Positions 62,244 to 64,000 of a DNA stretch of 64,000 nucleotides are shown in pieces. Each line of letters begins with the position of its first letter. Position 1 is the stretch's first letter. Below the pieces are notes generated by a model that saw only the letters and a program-made list of their open reading frames with translations, ran no database searches and was not told the origin of the DNA. The position numbers and the translations under genes are program-made. This DNA is from Diadema antillarum (Eukaryota): contig NW_027270906.1 of the NCBI RefSeq assembly GCF_040938485.1, positions 2,108,001 to 2,172,000 of the forward strand, written 5' to 3'.

Positions 62244-63761
62244 TCTGGGCTGGGTGGTCACAAATGACAACTCTCAATGACAACACTTTTGGCAACAGAA
62301 GTGAAGAAATACAATTATTGCACTTAAGAACTGTAGCTTTGATGATTCACAAGAGATTGAATCTTACCTGTGCCAAAGCATCCACCATTAGACGGTTCTT
62401 CGGTATACTGGATGGCAACAGGGGTGTCATCGATGGACATATCATTGTTCTGCCGGAAAGCTTCGTAGAATCGTCTGCAGTAGTACTTGAACGATGTGAA
62501 GCCCTGCCATGGTATCAATCATAACTTTAAATTGTCAGCATCTTGACCAGCGAAAAATAATGACAGAACAATATCCTATCTCGTAAATCCTTCACTTTGA
62601 ATAAAGAATGGGCGAATTGAAATCACTGGCGTTATGTGATCTAGGTTGCGATGAAAATTGCTTTAAAACTGGTAATTTTAATCAAATGAACCATCCCCTA
62701 CCATGACTTGAAAAGTTATACCTAAAAGCACACCTTTTCATCGAGATAGATAACCACTGTTTGTTATACAAAGTACATCAGGACCTTTTCACACAATTCA
62801 CATAGCGAGACAAAGAGTCAATGATCACAGAACATACCTGATCAACAGCGTCAGCTGGGAGTGATGGGTCCCTGGAGTTACCCTCAGGATCCAGGGTGAA
62901 TATCTGGCCATGTCCAACCGTACTGCTGGAGATCTGTCCAGCCACCACCCGCACCTCCAGCTCGTAGGGAAGGACGCGGACGTAGTCCCTGGCACAGGAC
63001 GTGAAGACCACGCCATCTAGCTTCGAGCTATCCATGGTGACACAGTAGGTGAAGATGTAGTAGCCCGGAGAGTACGTGGATGGGCTCAGCAAGATGTTGG
63101 CCGTGTTCGCATCTTCGATGTAATATGGGCTGGAGAGCGGCAGGCCGGTCAGATTCAAAGCCAGTCCGTCCATGAGGACCTCACCGCTAGTGATGTTGTA
63201 TTCCTCCACAGTCCACTCCTTGAAGTTGTCGTTGATCTTGCAACGGATGTCTGCAACGCCACTGAGCGAGAAGTACTCGAACACTTCCACCTCCCGGGGG
63301 TGAGTGTAGTAGACGTGACCGTCGCTGATGGAAACCTGGGGTACATTGCAGCTCAGGTACGTCACGGCGAAGGCCTCTTCTATTTCCACGCTGGAGACGA
63401 GGTTGAATCCGTGCACAATGAAGACAAAGCTGCCATTGCTGCCATACGTGTGCTGAAGTTCTATCCGATTGGTCAGCAAGCCACTGTAGGTCGCCGCGGG
63501 ATATCGGGGATGCCCGCTGCATGAGGCTTCTTCGCCGAAAATACGCAATGGGCTCTGATCGCCATAGTCTACCGCCAGACAGGAGTTGAAACCAATTTGA
63601 GCGACAGTGATGGTGAAATTCTTTGGCTGATTTGGAGTTGTGGTATCCCCCGTCGACACCTCTATGCCATAGATGGTACGGTACAGTTCGAAAGTGGCGC
63701 TGATGATGTAGGGGCCACTGATTGGGTTTGATGCACGAACCATGGCAGTGTACTCCCCAGG
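23540..63761 (-). CDS. Polycystin-1/REJ-family (PKD1-like) gene span, 5'-partial, about 28 exons; disrupted as assembled
   Basis: Chain of GT-AG exons with matching phases encoding PKD repeats, REJ, GAIN/GPS (CKCTHLTSF), TM1, PLAT (WHDNSG), further TMs, TOP domain and pore (ILGKFDF). Lesions at about 48511, 39655 and 37870. Subfamily not assigned. Confidence 0.95.
25625..25796 (-). CDS. PKD1-like exon (TOP domain)
   Basis: attcccag|GTC...G|gtaagt; FWVWLEQTFIPAI...IGFAVLRQLRIK; phase 0 to 1. Confidence 0.93.
27196..27446 (-). CDS. PKD1-like exon (S1 helix of the channel region)
   Basis: ccttccag|GT...AAG|gtgcgt; YKPPD..LERAR..RLKEIKMYAIFREIFFY; phase 1 to 0. Confidence 0.93.
28939..29062. 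mobile_element. GGGCCC-ended MITE of about 120 bp (relatives at 41755-41875 and 59835-60009)
   Basis: GGGCCC..TTCTATCAA...TTCGTAAAACAGGGCCC termini; clear similarity to 41755-41875. Confidence 0.7.
29631..29760 (-). CDS. PKD1-like exon (TM5 end, acidic loop)
   Basis: ctcccgctag|ATC...G|gtgagg; ILLIAVFVACIIKSPNADDDSDIEEDEEE; phase 0 to 1. Confidence 0.9.
30894..31689. mobile_element. Non-autonomous TIR element, candidate TTA target duplication (PIF/Harbinger-like)
   Basis: Termini TACACCTTTTATACTG and CAGTATAAAAGGGGTA (15/16 inverted), TTA on both flanks, internal 90/102-bp subrepeats. Confidence 0.75.
31905..32272 (+). mobile_element. Helentron/HINE-like element, partial
   Basis: (GTTT)n-GTCT tract; 3' end GGTGGAGGTCTGCGCTTTCCGAGTGCTTTTCTA; reverse-strand relative at 37366-37826. 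Confidence 0.6.
32301..32519 (-). CDS. PKD1-like exon (TM4-TM5)
   Basis: cactgtcag|GTA...AAG|gtatgg; KFSFPWWCVIVAW...YGIQFG...WLASLF...FFTQPIK. Confidence 0.93.
32608..32718. repeat. Degenerate (CCCTAA)n telomere-like tract
   Basis: CTAACCCTAA variants over about 110 bp, preceded by a GGCAATTACCCC doublet. Confidence 0.7.
33343..33580. mobile_element. MITE of about 240 bp
   Basis: 26-bp TIRs GTCGCTGGGGCGACAAGACCTTGTAT and ATACTAGGTCCTGTCGCCCCAGCAAC (23/26 inverted). Confidence 0.7.
33799..34350. mobile_element. Kolobok-like non-autonomous element (TTAA|AGGGATGG...)
   Basis: TTAA-AGGG start, imperfect TIR, similar to 59299-59640. Confidence 0.55.
34459..34665 (-). CDS. PKD1-like exon (Pro-rich cytoplasmic loop)
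   Basis: ttttccag|GCA...ACG|gtaaaa; 69 codons, phase 0 to 0. Confidence 0.78.
34853..35844. mobile_element. Tc1/mariner-type non-autonomous element, 992 bp
   Basis: TA|CACTCAGCAAAAAAAGAAAGTAA...TTACTTTCTTTTTTTGCTGAGTG|TA; TIRs with TA target duplication; no transposase ORF. Confidence 0.85.
36015..36910. repeat. 83-bp minisatellite, about 10.8 near-identical copies
   Basis: Unit GACACATAT(A/G)AATAGATTGTGAGAG...GAAAGAGAAA recurs at 36015, 36098, 36181 ... 36845. Confidence 0.97.
37015..37203 (-). CDS. PKD1-like exon (TM3 and basic loop)
   Basis: gtgctgtag|ATC...TTT|gtaagt; ISIGVQANLIVFPVSLLVVQFFRKSRPRKK. Confidence 0.9.
37366..37826 (-). mobile_element. Helentron/HINE-like element next to the truncated TM2 exon
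   Basis: 5' TTACCTCCGCCAAGG..GGAGGTTAT, (GTTT)n tract, 3' hairpin-like GCACTCTCAGAGTGC followed by CTAGT. Confidence 0.7.
37870..38058 (-). CDS. PKD1-like exon (TM2), 3' end and donor not found
   Basis: gccaccag|ATC; IDRLVPV...GHLWFSI..RPPGSRFTRLQRAACCMMFLWL. Family similarity then stops and no phase-compatible donor follows. The start coordinate is approximate. Confidence 0.8.
38320..38526. repeat. (TAG)n/(CTA)n compound microsatellite
   Basis: Direct reading; the two halves are inverted relative to each other. Confidence 0.95.
38585..38750 (-). CDS. PKD1-like exon (PLAT)
   Basis: atctcag|G...CAG|gtatag; PLGTLNYMRIWHDNSG...WYLKYI...NQWFSVVEDDGQ; phase 2 to 0. Confidence 0.93.
39624..39743 (-). 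CDS. PKD1-like exon (PLAT) with net +1 frameshift at about 39654-39656
   Basis: aattccag|GTC...CCA AG|gttctg; 120 nt where 3n+2 is needed. VSFILSGE...RRGG and TDRFLMAVPR lie in different frames. Confidence 0.85.
40698..40799 (-). CDS. PKD1-like exon (PLAT start)
   Basis: aacgacag|CTT...AAG|gtaagg; LGVTPMADN...YYYEILVLTGQRKAAGTDSK. Confidence 0.92.
42492..42719 (-). CDS. PKD1-like exon: GPS cleavage site and TM1
   Basis: ttcttgcag|GTT...AAG|gtatgc; HCKCTHLTSF...YITTIVIYVIFFFIFLWARRKDRKD. Confidence 0.95.
42772..42785. promoter_or_regulatory. RFX X-box-like site upstream of the GPS exon
   Basis: GTAGCCATGGCAAC, about 50 nt from the acceptor at 42719. Confidence 0.35.
44152..44423 (-). CDS. 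PKD1-like exon (first half of GPS: CSFWN...W...GC)
   Basis: cacgacag|AG...GAG|gtctgt; phase 1 to 0. Confidence 0.92.
44918..45524 (+). mobile_element. Composite HINE/DINE-1-like element with 156-158-bp central repeats, copy 1
   Basis: 5' ACAAGG..TGTGTCTCGCCCATTCGCGTA, central tandem units, GACAGACGACGG tract, 3' GATCCCTTAGTCTCCCC.CACCTCCGGTGGGCTCGACAAAAA. Confidence 0.8.
45757..46141 (-). CDS. PKD1-like exon (GAIN-B)
   Basis: gcatacag|GTC...G|gtgagt; VTTLKVNPYNF...PNFTHF; phase 0 to 1. Confidence 0.92.
46758..47778 (+). mobile_element. Same composite element, copy 2, about 5 x 156-bp units
   Basis: Same termini as copy 1; unit anchor GCCATAAAAACTTAAC at 46891, 47047, 47203, 47359 and about 47515. 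Confidence 0.85.
48329..48581 (-). CDS. PKD1-like exon (GAIN) with net +1 frameshift at 48510-48512
   Basis: ccccatcag|GCA...CAG|gtaaca; 253 nt between phase-0 neighbours. AEARVKN...LLIRNT and LAKEEPISYSSDT lie in different frames. Confidence 0.85.
49571..49880. mobile_element. Kolobok-like MITE, 310 bp
   Basis: TTAA|AGGGAACCCAAACCCAAAG...CTTTGGGTTTGGGTTCCCT|TTAA with long TIRs; relatives at about 39782-40075 and 9570-10050. Confidence 0.82.
50085..50153 (-). CDS. PKD1-like exon (69 nt)
   Basis: ctctgtttttaaag|CAA...GAG|gtacta; QLQSESPEVAAAEEQAIQQQKAE; phase 0 to 0. Confidence 0.72.
50756..50781 (-). CDS. Candidate 26-nt micro-exon of the PKD1-like gene
   Basis: ttctgtag|TT TGT AAA TTG GAT GAA TGC ATA AAA|gtaagc. 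Phase 1 to 0 is the change needed between the flanking exons; no homology support. Confidence 0.45.
51135..51221. mobile_element. piggyBac-like mini-MITE, diverged copy
   Basis: TTGA|CCCGTTGAGGAC...GTCTTCAATGGG|TCAA; reverse copy of 54566-54650. Confidence 0.7.
51301..51421 (-). CDS. PKD1-like exon
   Basis: gtttgtag|GGT...G|gtgagt; GSALEVQGSQ...SASSSG; phase 0 to 1. Confidence 0.82.
51718..51859. mobile_element. MITE with CAGTGGTGGATCCAG TIRs, 142 bp
   Basis: CAGTGGTGGATCCAG...CTGGATCCACCCCTG; CACAT on both flanks. Confidence 0.75.
52179..52304 (-). CDS. PKD1-like exon (helical, GAIN-A region)
   Basis: ttccctccag|GAT...GAG|gtaagc; DSLSNVMDKM...GILGNLLE; phase 0 to 0. Confidence 0.87.
52787..52912 (-). 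CDS. PKD1-like exon (helical, GAIN-A region)
   Basis: aacaacag|ATA...CTG|gtgagc; IRSRIAATQ...LSGGTL; phase 0 to 0. Confidence 0.85.
54190..54266 (-). CDS. PKD1-like exon (77 nt)
   Basis: gcaacag|AT...TTG|gtaagc; NVPIENEINRLQDVESNTENDTITTL; phase 1 to 0. Confidence 0.8.
54566..54650. mobile_element. piggyBac-like mini-MITE, 85 bp
   Basis: TTAA|CCCGTTGAGGAC...GTCCTCAAAGGG|TTAA. Confidence 0.8.
55428..55587 (-). CDS. PKD1-like exon
   Basis: catgatag|GTG...A|gtatgt; VNPSDLTEDILTE...EKINT; phase 0 to 1. Confidence 0.82.
55942..56102 (-). CDS. PKD1-like exon (REJ end)
   Basis: ctgcatatag|CA...TAT|gtgagt; ...YVLVIDSLGGSAKYSIGSVY; phase 1 to 0. Confidence 0.88.
57355..57612 (-). CDS. PKD1-like exon (REJ)
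   Basis: catgtag|GT...G|gtaatc; YTTDSVFI...NSPPAGYNCTV...CHGWTDED; phase 1 to 1. Confidence 0.9.
58079..58260 (-). CDS. PKD1-like exon (REJ)
   Basis: ctcttgcag|T...G|gtgagt; SLSDG...LRLKAGCNDQCHDVSYVWEV...NATG; phase 2 to 1. Confidence 0.9.
58833..59294. mobile_element. Kolobok-like MITE followed directly by a second TTAA element
   Basis: TTAA|AGGAGACCTCCAGATGATTTTCA...TGAAAATCATCTGGAATGCCCCT|TTAA|AGGGATG... Confidence 0.75.
60019..60187 (-). CDS. PKD1-like exon (REJ)
   Basis: cttccaag|GT...AG|gtaaga; PGRLDHDGGTLNL...DGDPPQPVI; phase 1 to 2. Confidence 0.9.
62368..62503 (-). CDS. PKD1-like exon (REJ)
   Basis: ggcag|GGC...ACA G|gtaaga; GFTSFKYYCRR...GGCFGTG; phase 0 to 1. Confidence 0.88.
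62838..63761 (-). CDS. PKD1-like exon: PKD repeats and start of REJ
   Basis: ttttcag|CCT...CAG|gtatgt, 924 nt. PGEYTAMVRASN, VDYGD and HTYGSNGSF..HGFNLVS are PKD-domain motifs. Confidence 0.93.
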
Positions 63762-64000
63762 CTGAAAAAAAAATTACAGAGGTGATTTTGAAACTAAAAG
63801 AGCTAAGCTCTCAGGATGGCAATGTTCACATTAAGGCAGACTAAATTTATTCTTTGATTGATCATAGGGTATTGATCTTTCAATTTGCCATATTTGCAAA
63901 AGAATTTGAAAATCCTGACAAGGCTAAAGCATATCATCTCTTGTCTCTTCAAGCCATCATATCTTTTGTGTGTGAGTGTGTGTTGAAAGGTATTCGGGAT

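Overview
Eukaryotic, intron-rich genomic DNA from a gapped scaffold (3 N-gaps). An echinoderm, probably a sea urchin, is inferred from gene content and repeat style, but this is not proven. Three genes can be built from splice sites and reading phase. (1) + strand, 4010-10258: the last five coding exons of a UPF0764/C16orf89-like secreted protein. (2) - strand, 14106-15580: a compact two-exon, 75-aa neuropeptide-like precursor (signal peptide, KK site, C-terminal G-KK amidation signal) that the ORF track does not show intact. Its predicted amidated peptide ends FSRGFKHG-NH2, reminiscent of the GnRH/corazonin core. (3) - strand, 23540-63761, 5' end outside the window: a polycystin-1/REJ-family gene with about 28 exons and about 2,280 codons in the window (PKD repeats, REJ, GAIN/GPS with HL|T, PLAT, 11-TM channel region). 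As assembled, gene 3 has two net +1 frameshifts and one exon with a missing 3' end, so it is either a recent pseudogene/null allele or is affected by assembly errors. Introns hold many non-autonomous DNA elements (Helentron/HINE-like, Kolobok-like, piggyBac-like, Tc1-like, Harbinger-like), an internally deleted Tc1 transposase, an 83-bp minisatellite and microsatellites. No rRNA, tRNA or CRISPR array was seen. Family assignments come from recalled motifs, not database searches.
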